Below, in pieces: positions 19,287-28,413 of a DNA stretch of 64,000 bases. Made by a program: the position numbers and the translations under genes. The notes beneath the pieces were generated by a model. That model was not told where the DNA came from. It searched no databases and saw only the letters and a program-made list of their open reading frames with translations. How positions within the stretch are numbered: the stretch's first letter is position 1; the number at the start of each line of letters is the position of its first letter. Origin of the DNA: an uncultured virus (IMG/VR IMGVR_UViG_3300042430_001364) (lineage: Duplodnaviria; Heunggongvirae; Uroviricota; Caudoviricetes); IMG/VR virus record IMGVR_UViG_3300042430_001364. The stretch is one strand, 5' to 3'.

Positions 19287-20301
19287 ACCATTAACAGCTT
19301 TATCCGCCAGTAGAATTAAGACGCTAGACAAATGCAGCTGGTCTTACTGGTGCAATTACGTTTTAAAGCTTCCTGACTCGTCTAACGATGGCGCAAATCG
19401 TGGGGACGTTGTTCACTTGATTCTCGAAATGCTTTCTAAGCCCAGCAGAAAGAAATATGTCAACAAGATAATCAAAGAAGGAGACCCTTTCGCTATTCCT
19501 TCGATCAAGTCGCTTACGCTAAAGCGCGCCCGTAGAAACCGAGTTTCTGACCCTGAAAACATGAAGCTGATTAGAGAGATGACTCTCGTAGGCTTGAAGT
19601 ATGATTTCTTTGGGGATAAGAAGCAGAAGCCTATTCAAGATTTTAACGAAAGATCGTTTGATCTTACAGTAGATAAAAATGATAAAAAATACCGCATCAA
19701 AGGTTTTATTGATCGCCAGTTCGTTTACTCTGATAATTCTTCTACTGTAAGAGATTACAAAACTAGCAAAGCGGTTTTTGCTGGTAAAGATGCCGAAGAT
19801 AATTTGCAGCACTTGATGTACACTCTTGCTTCAAAACAACTTAACCCAGATCACAAAGTTAAGATGGAGTTTCTGTTCTTGAAGTTTGACGTTTCTCGCG
19901 GTGGCGATGGGCTTTTGACAATGCCAGCTTTATCAGATCAAGAGCTTTCTGATTTTGAAGATCAGCTTTGCGAGATTCAAAAAGTTATCGACGGTTTTTC
20001 TGAAAGTGACGCTCACTCAAATTTCGCAGCGGATAAACCTATTCCGTCAGACGGCTCTTTTAGCGGTAAGCTTTCCTGCGGTTTTGCAAAGTTTAAGGGC
20101 CAGCTAAAGAAAGACGGCAACCCGATGTGGCATTGTCCGTATAAATTCGCCTACAACTATTACGCTCTCCGCGACAAAAACAACACCATCATAAAAACTT
20201 TCTCTGAGGAGAATATGGACGAAGCTTTTAAGACTGCGAAAGAAACCGACAAAGTTACAAAAGAGCATTACTCTGGATGCCCAAGACACAATAAGTCTTG
20301 A
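19279..20301 (+). CDS. PD-(D/E)xK exonuclease (Cas4/RecB-like)
   Basis: LSASRIKT..C, GDVVHLILE, GFIDR..DYKT, QHLMY, C-terminal Cys cluster. Confidence 0.8.
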   Translation: MSKPLTALSASRIKTLDKCSWSYWCNYVLKLPDSSNDGANRGDVVHLILEMLSKPSRKKYVNKIIKEGDPFAIPSIKSLTLKRARRNRVSDPENMKLIREMTLVGLKYDFFGDKKQKPIQDFNERSFDLTVDKNDKKYRIKGFIDRQFVYSDNSSTVRDYKTSKAVFAGKDAEDNLQHLMYTLASKQLNPDHKVKMEFLFLKFDVSRGGDGLLTMPALSDQELSDFEDQLCEIQKVIDGFSESDAHSNFAADKPIPSDGSFSGKLSCGFAKFKGQLKKDGNPMWHCPYKFAYNYYALRDKNNTIIKTFSEENMDEAFKTAKETDKVTKEHYSGCPRHNKS

Positions 20302-20303
20302 CA
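20298..20303 (+). promoter_or_regulatory. Sigma70-type -35 box for the polymerase genes
   Basis: TTGACA starting 35 nt before ATG 20333. Confidence 0.65.
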
Positions 20304-20332
20304 GCTTTGAAATTGTCTGAATTATTGGATTA

Positions 20333-21073
20333 ATGATACCGCTATTCAAGTCTCACTTTTCCGTTGGAAAAAGCATCCTTACTTTAGCCGAGCCAGAAAA
20401 GCAGAAAGAAGATGGGCCAGACAGCATCATTTCTATTGCTCTCGAAAATGGTCTTAAAGAAGTTTTCTTGGTCGAGGATTCTTTCACTGGTTTTTTGTCG
20501 GCATTTAAAGCCTGCCGAGCAAACCAGCTTTCTCTCAAGTTCGGTATTCGTTTAACTGTTTGCAACAGCTACGACACAGTTGAATCATCGAAACATAAAG
20601 TCGTCTTGTTCGCTTTGAATGACGAAGGCTTTAGACAATTAAATAAAATTTATACTTTCACCAACGCAGTGAAAGACGGAGTTATAGCAAGCGAAGATTT
20701 AAGTAACCTAATCACCAAAGATGTTCATCTTGTTATACCTTTCTATGATTCGTATGTATGGAACAACAATTATACTTTCTCAAATTGCATACCTGATTTT
20801 ATTGATAAACATCATCACACATACTTCGTAGAGAACAACAAACTTCCTTTCGATAAGCATATCGCTGATTTTGTTTCGTGTTACGCTAAGAAAGGTAACA
20901 TCATTGAAACCAAGTCTATCTACTACAAGAACAGAAGTGATTATGATGCTTGGGTAACTTATAAGATAGCTTGTAATCGGCGCATGGGCAAGTTTCAAAC
21001 CTTATCGGCTCCAGAACTTAATGGTTGCGCCAGTAAAGAATTCTGCTTTCAATCTTGGAAAGAGTCAAAATGA
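20333..21073 (+). CDS. Stand-alone PHP domain of DNA polymerase III alpha (degenerate metal ligands)
   Basis: PLFKSHFS.., VLFALNDEGFRQLNKI resemble the DnaE N-terminus. Confidence 0.75.
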   Translation: MIPLFKSHFSVGKSILTLAEPEKQKEDGPDSIISIALENGLKEVFLVEDSFTGFLSAFKACRANQLSLKFGIRLTVCNSYDTVESSKHKVVLFALNDEGFRQLNKIYTFTNAVKDGVIASEDLSNLITKDVHLVIPFYDSYVWNNNYTFSNCIPDFIDKHHHTYFVENNKLPFDKHIADFVSCYAKKGNIIETKSIYYKNRSDYDAWVTYKIACNRRMGKFQTLSAPELNGCASKEFCFQSWKESK

Positions 21074-21699
21074 AAACGCTTTTAAGAAATAACAAACATC
21101 AGAAGTTCGCCGTATTTGACACAGAGACGGAAGGCTTGTCGTTAACGTCGTCACGCCCTTGGCAACTATCTTGGATTATCTGCCAAGGAGAAGAGATCAT
21201 TGAAGAGCATGACGAGTTTATCTTGTTTGAAGATTTGAATATGTCGGAAGGTGCCGCCAAGATCACGAACTTCAATAAAGAAGCTTATTTAAGAAAAGCG
21301 CAACAACCTATGGAGGTTTGGAAGAAATTCGCCAAAACTCTTTATGACAAGGACGTTATTCTTGTTGGCCAGAACATCTTAAATTACGATATTTACATTT
21401 TGAACACTCTTATGAATGGCTTGGGTATTCAAAATGACTGGAGTTTCTTGAGCAGAATGATTGACACAAGAGCGTTAGCTATGTCTATCTTTAAACAAGT
21501 TAAACCTAACGACGGAGATTTTCTTTGTTGGCAGATGAAACTCATGAACCACTTTGAAAAAGGAATCAAAACAAGTCAGGCTTTTCTGTTGAAGCATTAT
21601 GCAATTGAGCATGATCCAGCAATGCTGCATAACGCGATGTACGATATTAAAATGAATTATAAAATCTTTCGTCGTCAAATCTCGGAGGTTGAAATCTAA
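21070..21699 (+). CDS. DEDDh 3'-5' exonuclease (DnaQ/epsilon-like)
   Basis: FDTETEG, QNILNYD, IDT, HNAMYD. Confidence 0.85.
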   Translation: MKTLLRNNKHQKFAVFDTETEGLSLTSSRPWQLSWIICQGEEIIEEHDEFILFEDLNMSEGAAKITNFNKEAYLRKAQQPMEVWKKFAKTLYDKDVILVGQNILNYDIYILNTLMNGLGIQNDWSFLSRMIDTRALAMSIFKQVKPNDGDFLCWQMKLMNHFEKGIKTSQAFLLKHYAIEHDPAMLHNAMYDIKMNYKIFRRQISEVEI

Positions 21700-24254
21700 T
21701 GCTTGACAAATTCACAGACTACAAAAACCCGATTCCACCGGGCGTTCGGCTTCCAAAGATCGAGATCGACAGTCGCCATTACAAAAATCTTGGCATCCAA
21801 GAAAATTGCTCTAATCTTGAATTCCTTCGTCAGCTCTCGCTAAAGGCGGTCAAGGTAAAAGGCATCGACAAGAAAGAGAACAAACAGGCTTATTACGATA
21901 GAGCTAAAATGGAGCTTAGCGTTTTTGATGAGCTTGGCTTCGTTGATTACATTTTGCTCAATTGGGATATTATGAACTTTGCCCATGAGAACGGTATTCC
22001 TACTGGTTACGGTCGTGGTTCTGCCGCAGGTTCTTTGATCTTGTTCTTGGTCGGAGTCACGAATGTTGACCCAATCGAACACGGCTTGCTATTTGAAAGA
22101 TTCGTTTCTAAGAGCAGAGCGAAGAAGATCGTAGTTGATGGAGTAACTTATCTTGATGGTTCTTTGATGCCTGACGTAGATAATGACATTGAGTTCTCAA
22201 AACGCCAAGCAGTTATTGATTATATCAAAGCCAAATACTCTGGCAAAACTTGTAAGATTCTTACCATGAACACTCTTACTGGTAAACTCTGCGTTAAAGA
22301 GTGCGGTAAGATTGTAGGAGAAATGAATGAAGACGCAGTGAACGCCGTTAGCGATGTTATCCCCAAACAATTCGGAAAGGTGTTTGCTCTTAAAGACGCA
22401 TATAAACAAAGCGAACAGTTCAAAGCTTTCTGCGACTCTCATCCAAAGGTATTTAAAATTGCTAAAAAATTAGAAGGCTTAAATAAGAACTGTGGCGTTC
22501 ATCCTTCTGGCATTTCGATTTCTTACTTCAACAACGAGGACATTATGCCTCTTCAAAAGACAGGAGAAGGCGAGCTTGTTAGTGCTTATGAAATGAACAA
22601 CATTTCTGAAATCACCGTTAAGTTCGATATTCTTGGTCTTAGAACCTTGTCCGTAGTTTATGAAACCTGTCAGAAACTAGGTTTAGACTTTAAAACTCTC
22701 GATTACGACTCCTCATCTACCTACAAATACTTTCAAGACTTATCTAACCCCAAAGGACTGTTCCAAATTGAGGCCAATACCAACTTTCATGTATGCAAGA
22801 AGGTCAAGCCTCGCAATCTCTTTGAATTGGCCTGTGTGTTGGCTCTAGCACGGCCAGGCGCGTTGGATTTCATGAATCAATACGCCGAGTATGTTGAAAC
22901 TGGCAACTTCCAGTCTGTTCATCCATTCTTTGATGATATTTTGGGCGTAACAGGTGGTATTCCAATCTTCCAAGAACAGTTAATGAAGATGGTAGTTAAA
23001 GTAGGCTTTACTCTTGATGAAGCTGAAACTGTTCGCCGCATCATTGGCAAAAAGAAGGTTAGTGAAATGCCAGCTTGGAAGGAAAAGATTTCTAACAAGA
23101 TCAAAGAGAATAACTTAGACCCTGTTATCTCTGACGTTCTTTGGAAGGTCGCAGAAGATAGTGCTAATTATTCGTTCAACGCTTCTCACGCTGTATCATA
23201 TGCAACATTAAGCGCAATAACGACTTATCTTAAATTCAATTATCCTCAAGAGTTCTTTTTGGCTTTGCTAAAATCATCTAAGCACGAGCCTAGCCCTCAC
23301 GAAGAAATCGAAGCTATATCGCAAGAGCTGCCTTTCTTTGATATTAAGCTTCTTTCTCCTGATTTGGTTAAATCGAAATCAGACTTTGAGATTGAAGAAA
23401 AGAACATCCGATTTGGCTTAAACGCTATCAAAGGTGTTTCTGATAAAGTTCTTCAAAATCTTTTAGCTTTTAGACAAAAAGAGTTTTCAGATAAAGTTGA
23501 TTGTTTTGACGCTGCAAAAGAAGCTGGTCTTAATATCGGCGTCTTGTCTTCTCTTATTCAAGCTGGAACACTTTCTAGCTTTGGAGATAGGCGTTGCCGA
23601 CTAGTTCTTGAAGCTCAGTCTTACAACATTCTTAGCGATAGAGAAAAGAGAAACATTAAACTTGTTGCTGCAAAATATAATTTTGACGTTCTCAAAGCTA
23701 TAGCTGATCTAGTTAATAACAAACTTGCTGGTGACGACGCTAAACCTTTCATGACTGAAAAGCGTTTCACTACGTTCAGAGCTAAGTACGACTCGTATAA
23801 GAAGATTTACGAGATGAACAAAACTCACGAGAAGTTTGCGAACTGGTTTTTCGAGAAGAAGTTGCTCGGTTATAGCTACACTCACAAACTAAGAGAGGTC
23901 TTTTCAGAAGAAGATGAGCAAAGACTATTGACAACCTATGAGATTTCGCAGTTAGATGCTCGCCAGCCAGTGAAGATCGTTGGCGTAGTCAAAGAAGCTA
24001 AAAAGAAAACAAGTAAAAATGGAAACAAATATCTATTCATCCAAATCTCTGACGAATACGGGCAAATGTCTTGCCGCCTCATGGACGGCAGGGAAGACAA
24101 GCTCACTCGCTACTACGAAGGTGGCGGTAAAACACCGCAAGAAGACGACATTGTCATTCTCTACGGAAATAAATCCGACGACTCTATCTTTTTGGACTCG
24201 TTAAGTATTTTAAACGAAAAAATATATACTAAATTATCTGACTTACAATCATAA
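21699..24254 (+). CDS. dnaE: DNA polymerase III alpha, catalytic part lacking PHP
   Basis: GRGSAAGS, LLFERF, PDVDND, HPSG, KFDILGL, FQEQ, YSFNASHA, IRFGLNAIKGV, C-terminal OB fold. Confidence 0.93.
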   Translation: MLDKFTDYKNPIPPGVRLPKIEIDSRHYKNLGIQENCSNLEFLRQLSLKAVKVKGIDKKENKQAYYDRAKMELSVFDELGFVDYILLNWDIMNFAHENGIPTGYGRGSAAGSLILFLVGVTNVDPIEHGLLFERFVSKSRAKKIVVDGVTYLDGSLMPDVDNDIEFSKRQAVIDYIKAKYSGKTCKILTMNTLTGKLCVKECGKIVGEMNEDAVNAVSDVIPKQFGKVFALKDAYKQSEQFKAFCDSHPKVFKIAKKLEGLNKNCGVHPSGISISYFNNEDIMPLQKTGEGELVSAYEMNNISEITVKFDILGLRTLSVVYETCQKLGLDFKTLDYDSSSTYKYFQDLSNPKGLFQIEANTNFHVCKKVKPRNLFELACVLALARPGALDFMNQYAEYVETGNFQSVHPFFDDILGVTGGIPIFQEQLMKMVVKVGFTLDEAETVRRIIGKKKVSEMPAWKEKISNKIKENNLDPVISDVLWKVAEDSANYSFNASHAVSYATLSAITTYLKFNYPQEFFLALLKSSKHEPSPHEEIEAISQELPFFDIKLLSPDLVKSKSDFEIEEKNIRFGLNAIKGVSDKVLQNLLAFRQKEFSDKVDCFDAAKEAGLNIGVLSSLIQAGTLSSFGDRRCRLVLEAQSYNILSDREKRNIKLVAAKYNFDVLKAIADLVNNKLAGDDAKPFMTEKRFTTFRAKYDSYKKIYEMNKTHEKFANWFFEKKLLGYSYTHKLREVFSEEDEQRLLTTYEISQLDARQPVKIVGVVKEAKKKTSKNGNKYLFIQISDEYGQMSCRLMDGREDKLTRYYEGGGKTPQEDDIVILYGNKSDDSIFLDSLSILNEKIYTKLSDLQS

Positions 24255-24256
24255 AA

Positions 24257-24262
24257 GTGTAA
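24257..24262 (+). promoter_or_regulatory. GTGTAA motif (putative phage-specific promoter)
   Basis: Directly before ATG 24264 and 10 nt before in-frame GTG 24273. Confidence 0.45.
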
Positions 24263-24263
24263 A

Positions 24264-26702
24264 ATGAATAAAGTGGAAGACGTTAACTTCACTCCAAAAG
24301 TAAAAAGACTCTTAGACATCGCTAAGCAAAAATGTCTAAGCTATAATTACGTCGAAATTGACGAGTCTTTTATGCTTTATGCCTTGCTTTCGTCACAATC
24401 CATGATTGTTGATAACGCATTTAAGCAGATAAAAGTGCTTCCGTCTGAACTGGTTAGCCGACTAGAAAAGGAACTTCCAGAAAGAAAGCGCAAAAAGTCT
24501 AACGTAGATTATACCGATTCGGTTATAAAGGTAATAAAAGAATCATATAAGATTTCTCGTTTTTACAATCAAAATTATACTGGTGTAGAGCATTTGTTTC
24601 TTTCTATGCTTCGCCATTCTTCTTGGGCTAAGAAGTTTTTCAAATCTCAAGGCGTTGACGTTATCTTTTTGACTAGCGAGATTGAATCTGGTTGCAAAAC
24701 TGTTTCTAATCCAACAAAAAAGTTGTCCACTCAAACCGCAACTTCTACGTCCAGCAGCGTTCTAAAAGATTTTTGCATAAATTTTACAGAGAAAGCCGAG
24801 AACGGTGATTTTGACAATGCTTGTTTTCGTGATGCCGAAGTTGCTCAAGTATCAGAAGTACTTTGCCGTAAGCAAAAGCGCAATCCGATTCTTGTTGGCG
24901 AAGCTGGTGTTGGCAAAAGCACAATTGTTGGACTACTCGCCAAGAAGATTATTAGCGGCGAATCTACTGAATTCCTTTTAGGTAAAACAATCATGCAGTT
25001 AGATATGACGGCAATGATTGCTGGCACTAATCTTAGAGGTCAGTTTGAAGAGCGCCTTCATAAAGTATTAAAGGAAGTTAAAGAAGCTAAATCAATTATT
25101 TTGTTTATTGATGAAATTCATACAGTGATTGGTCTTGGCGGCGACGAAGGTTCTTTAGATACAGCTAACATCCTAAAGCCTTATCTTGCTACTGATGAGA
25201 TTAGCTGCATTGGCGCAACCACCCAAAAAGAATACGAGCAGTTCTTCCAAAAGGATTCCGCAATGAATCGCAGGTTTGAGACTGTATTTGTCAAAGAGCC
25301 GAGCAAAGAAGAAACCCTTAATATCTTAAAGAACATTAAGCCATACTACGAGGAGTTCCATAAGATTCAGTTCCCTGATAAAACTCTCAGCGACATAATC
25401 GAACTATGCGCTAAGTACATTCCTAATAGAAGATTCCCAGATAAAGCTATTGATATTCTAGATCAAGTTGGAGCTAAAGTCAAAATCAAGACTTACGCTA
25501 GGTCAGAAGAGATCAAAAAGATCGAAGCTATGATTTATGAATTAGAGCAGTCCGAAGGTTTGTTTGAGTCTGAGGAATCTAAAAGTATTCAGATTAACAG
25601 TATTGTTAAAGAATACAAAGTAAAATTTGAATCTTGGATGAAGCTGCAAGAAAACAAAAAAGTGACAGCTACTCGCAAAGACGTTTATCAAGTCCTCTGC
25701 GAAAAAGTTGGGTCTATAATCGACACCAACGCTCAAGATTCTAATTTCAGAAATATACATAATGAATTAAAGAAATACGTCTTTGGACAAGATGCCGCCC
25801 TAAAGAAGATTTCCGACTGTATTTTACGCTCTTCTTTTGGATTGTCATCTACCAGCAAACCTCTTGGCAGTTTTATGTTTGTTGGTCCAACTGGTTCTGG
25901 CAAAACTCACTTAGCTAAAGCATTGTCTAGACAAGCTTTTGGCGGTGAAGAAAGTCTCGTAAGAATTGATATGTCAGAGTTTATGGAGCCTCATTCTATC
26001 TCTAAGCTTATCGGCTCACCGCCCGGTTATGTTGGATACGGCCAGTCAAACATCTTCTCCAAGCAACTAGAGAAGCGTCCATCTTCTATCTTCCTGTTCG
26101 ATGAAATTGAAAAAGCTCATCCAGATGTTGTTAATATACTTCTTCAAGTAATGGACAACGGAGAACTCAGTGATTCGCACGGTAGAAAGCTCAATTTTAA
26201 GAACTGCATTTTGATCATGACTGGCAACGTTGGCTTTCAGTTCGGCGACAACAAACAAATTGGTTTTTGCGCTCCAGCAGAAGAGGTCATCTCTAAAGAC
26301 AGTGTTCAAGAGAAATTAAAAAGATTTTTTAGACCAGAGTTCTTAGCTCGTTTAAACGACGTAATCATTTTTGATCATTTGAAAGATGAGTCTTTGGTTA
26401 AGATCGCTGAAACAGAACTTGAATCAATCAAGGCTTCATTAAAGACCAATGGCACAACAGTATCTTTTTCTAAAGATGTTGTTAGCTTTATCTTGTCTAA
26501 GGCTAAGGATTCAAAGAATGGAGCAAGAGGGGTTATCTTCTTCATCGAAAACGAACTTAAAACAAAGATAGTTGACAGTTTGGCGTGTAGCTCGTATAAT
26601 GAGATTAAAGTAAAGATTAAAGATAACGAGATACAAGTCAATGGAACAAAAGAAAAACTTCTTGCAGCACACAGTTCAAGACAACACTCTGTTGCCAATT
26701 GA
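24264..26702 (+). CDS. ClpA/ClpC-type AAA+ unfoldase
   Basis: Clp N-domain; GEAGVGKS and GPTGSGKT Walker A; FIDEIH; GSPPGYVGY; IGF loop; FRPEFLAR. Confidence 0.9.
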   Translation: MNKVEDVNFTPKVKRLLDIAKQKCLSYNYVEIDESFMLYALLSSQSMIVDNAFKQIKVLPSELVSRLEKELPERKRKKSNVDYTDSVIKVIKESYKISRFYNQNYTGVEHLFLSMLRHSSWAKKFFKSQGVDVIFLTSEIESGCKTVSNPTKKLSTQTATSTSSSVLKDFCINFTEKAENGDFDNACFRDAEVAQVSEVLCRKQKRNPILVGEAGVGKSTIVGLLAKKIISGESTEFLLGKTIMQLDMTAMIAGTNLRGQFEERLHKVLKEVKEAKSIILFIDEIHTVIGLGGDEGSLDTANILKPYLATDEISCIGATTQKEYEQFFQKDSAMNRRFETVFVKEPSKEETLNILKNIKPYYEEFHKIQFPDKTLSDIIELCAKYIPNRRFPDKAIDILDQVGAKVKIKTYARSEEIKKIEAMIYELEQSEGLFESEESKSIQINSIVKEYKVKFESWMKLQENKKVTATRKDVYQVLCEKVGSIIDTNAQDSNFRNIHNELKKYVFGQDAALKKISDCILRSSFGLSSTSKPLGSFMFVGPTGSGKTHLAKALSRQAFGGEESLVRIDMSEFMEPHSISKLIGSPPGYVGYGQSNIFSKQLEKRPSSIFLFDEIEKAHPDVVNILLQVMDNGELSDSHGRKLNFKNCILIMTGNVGFQFGDNKQIGFCAPAEEVISKDSVQEKLKRFFRPEFLARLNDVIIFDHLKDESLVKIAETELESIKASLKTNGTTVSFSKDVVSFILSKAKDSKNGARGVIFFIENELKTKIVDSLACSSYNEIKVKIKDNEIQVNGTKEKLLAAHSSRQHSVAN

Positions 26703-27627
26703 GCTTGAAATGCTTGCTTCTATAAAGCAGAAGGTTTCTTCTGATCTTGGGTTTGACGTAACTAATTGCCAAAAGTATTCTACAAATGTTTTGTATGATC
26801 TTTATGTCATCGCCGCCAATGGTAAGCCTTATTTTTTAAAGGTTAGCGTTTCCCCTTTTATTCCTAATTTTTGGGATAAGCTCTGTGAAAATAACTTTTC
26901 GTTTCATCCGAAAATAGTTTCTTTTAGCTTGGGACAAGATTTTAATTATATTTGTTACGAAATGCCTTCTGGTATATTTTTGTCGGATATATCCAAATAC
27001 CCATTAAGCTCTAAATTGAAACTCGAAAATGTTTTCTCAAACGTGTTGAGAAGTATGCACGCAGTTTCTTGTGGGACTAAAGACCAAACGATAGAAGCTA
27101 TCACTTCATTTTTACCAAGAGAGTCTATGATGATACATCATACTTTTCCAGTCGCTCAAGTATTTGGCGCTACAAAGTTGGCGTTCAAATCTCTTTACGT
27201 CGAATCTCTTGATGATTGTTGTCTCTGTCATTTGGATTTAGATTCGTCCAACATCATTTTGTCTAATAAAGAATTTAAACTGTTAAATTTTGAATACGCT
27301 TGTCACGCAAATAAATATCTTGAACTTTGGTTAACAAAAGAACTTTTGAATTGTTCCGATAGTGTTTTTAATAATTTCCTTTCTTACTATCAAGTCGATA
27401 ACGATAAGCTAATAGCCACAAAAGAAGCGTCTGAATTGTTTATTTTTTCTTACTTAAATTCCAAAATCATTTCCGAATACATGACTTTCGGAGTTTCAAA
27501 TCACGTTAAATTAAGAGGTTACATTAATAAGTCAGAACAGTATTTTAACAAAATAAAAAGTAAACTTTTTCTCGAAGAAACTCTTGACAAAACGATACAA
27601 GGCTTCTATCTTCTCTGGCGTAGTTAA
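26641..27627 (+). CDS. APH/choline-kinase-like phosphotransferase, possibly inactive
   Basis: YFLKV, CHLDLDSSNI Brenner-type motif, LLNFEYA where DFE is expected. Confidence 0.6.
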   Translation: MEQKKNFLQHTVQDNTLLPIELEMLASIKQKVSSDLGFDVTNCQKYSTNVLYDLYVIAANGKPYFLKVSVSPFIPNFWDKLCENNFSFHPKIVSFSLGQDFNYICYEMPSGIFLSDISKYPLSSKLKLENVFSNVLRSMHAVSCGTKDQTIEAITSFLPRESMMIHHTFPVAQVFGATKLAFKSLYVESLDDCCLCHLDLDSSNIILSNKEFKLLNFEYACHANKYLELWLTKELLNCSDSVFNNFLSYYQVDNDKLIATKEASELFIFSYLNSKIISEYMTFGVSNHVKLRGYINKSEQYFNKIKSKLFLEETLDKTIQGFYLLWRS

Positions 27628-27632
27628 AATCT

Positions 27633-27851
27633 ATGAAAACCACAAACACAAATCGCGTTATCAACGCCATCACAAATACAGCAGGTCGTTTCTTCGGCCT
27701 TGTCACCACCAACGAAGTTCTGAATGCTCGTTTCGTCAGCGAGACTCCACAAATGATCATCGTGCATGACCGCAATGCCGATGAAGTTCGTAAGTTCGCT
27801 AAGACAAGCGTTGTCGCAGTATCCTTCAGAGGTCAAACGATTACACGCTAA
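27633..27851 (+). CDS. Hypothetical protein
   Basis: TTGACA at 27584 upstream and terminator downstream. Confidence 0.6.
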   Translation: MKTTNTNRVINAITNTAGRFFGLVTTNEVLNARFVSETPQMIIVHDRNADEVRKFAKTSVVAVSFRGQTITR

Positions 27852-27873
27852 TAACTAATTAGCGGAAATCCTC

Positions 27874-27903
27874 AAGCCTACGCCTAAAAACGTAGGCTTT
27901 TTT
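27874..27903 (+). terminator. Intrinsic terminator
   Basis: AAGCCTACG/CGTAGGCTT stem followed by T-run. Confidence 0.85.
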
Positions 27904-27963
27904 ATTTTAAAATTAGTTTAAAAAGTCTATTAGCGCATTATTATCTTGAAACACAAACGATAT

Positions 27964-28413
27964 ATGCGCCTTAATTTTTACAAACCCAATAAGTCCTGCA
28001 CAGGAACAGCCGCGTCTTTTAATGTAAGCAAAGACGAAAAAGGCTTAACGCTTTATACCAGCTTCGTAAAGCAAGCTGGATGGGATGAGGCTTCTAGAAA
28101 AGGCTCGTTCACTCAAAACGCCAAGAACCCTGAAAAGACAGCAGCTTTGAAGCTCAACCAAACAGAAGCGGCGTCGATCATCCGCTCTGTTCGCAAAGAA
28201 ACTAAATTTAGCACAGTTCACGTTTACCAAGGCTCTTCAACTTCAATTATGTTTGGGCCTTACGAGAAGAAGAGCGGCGGTTCGGCATTTTCTTTTAGCA
28301 TTAAACGCGGCGAGCAACAATTCTCTATTAGTTTTGAGTTAGGAGAGTCCGAATTACTTGCTCAATTTCTTGAAAGCTATCTAGCTGAATCTTTTCGTGT
28401 TGAGGCTCAATGA
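27964..28413 (+). CDS. Hypothetical protein, possibly Whirly/PC4-like ssDNA-binding fold
   Basis: FYKPN..AASF start and ALKLNQTEAASII / ISFELGESELL duplicated beta-alpha pattern. Confidence 0.4.
   Translation: MRLNFYKPNKSCTGTAASFNVSKDEKGLTLYTSFVKQAGWDEASRKGSFTQNAKNPEKTAALKLNQTEAASIIRSVRKETKFSTVHVYQGSSTSIMFGPYEKKSGGSAFSFSIKRGEQQFSISFELGESELLAQFLESYLAESFRVEAQ

Noticed and set aside
19279..20301. CRISPR-Cas system
   Set aside because: The Cas4-like nuclease is solitary within the replication block; no repeat-spacer array or other cas gene was seen.
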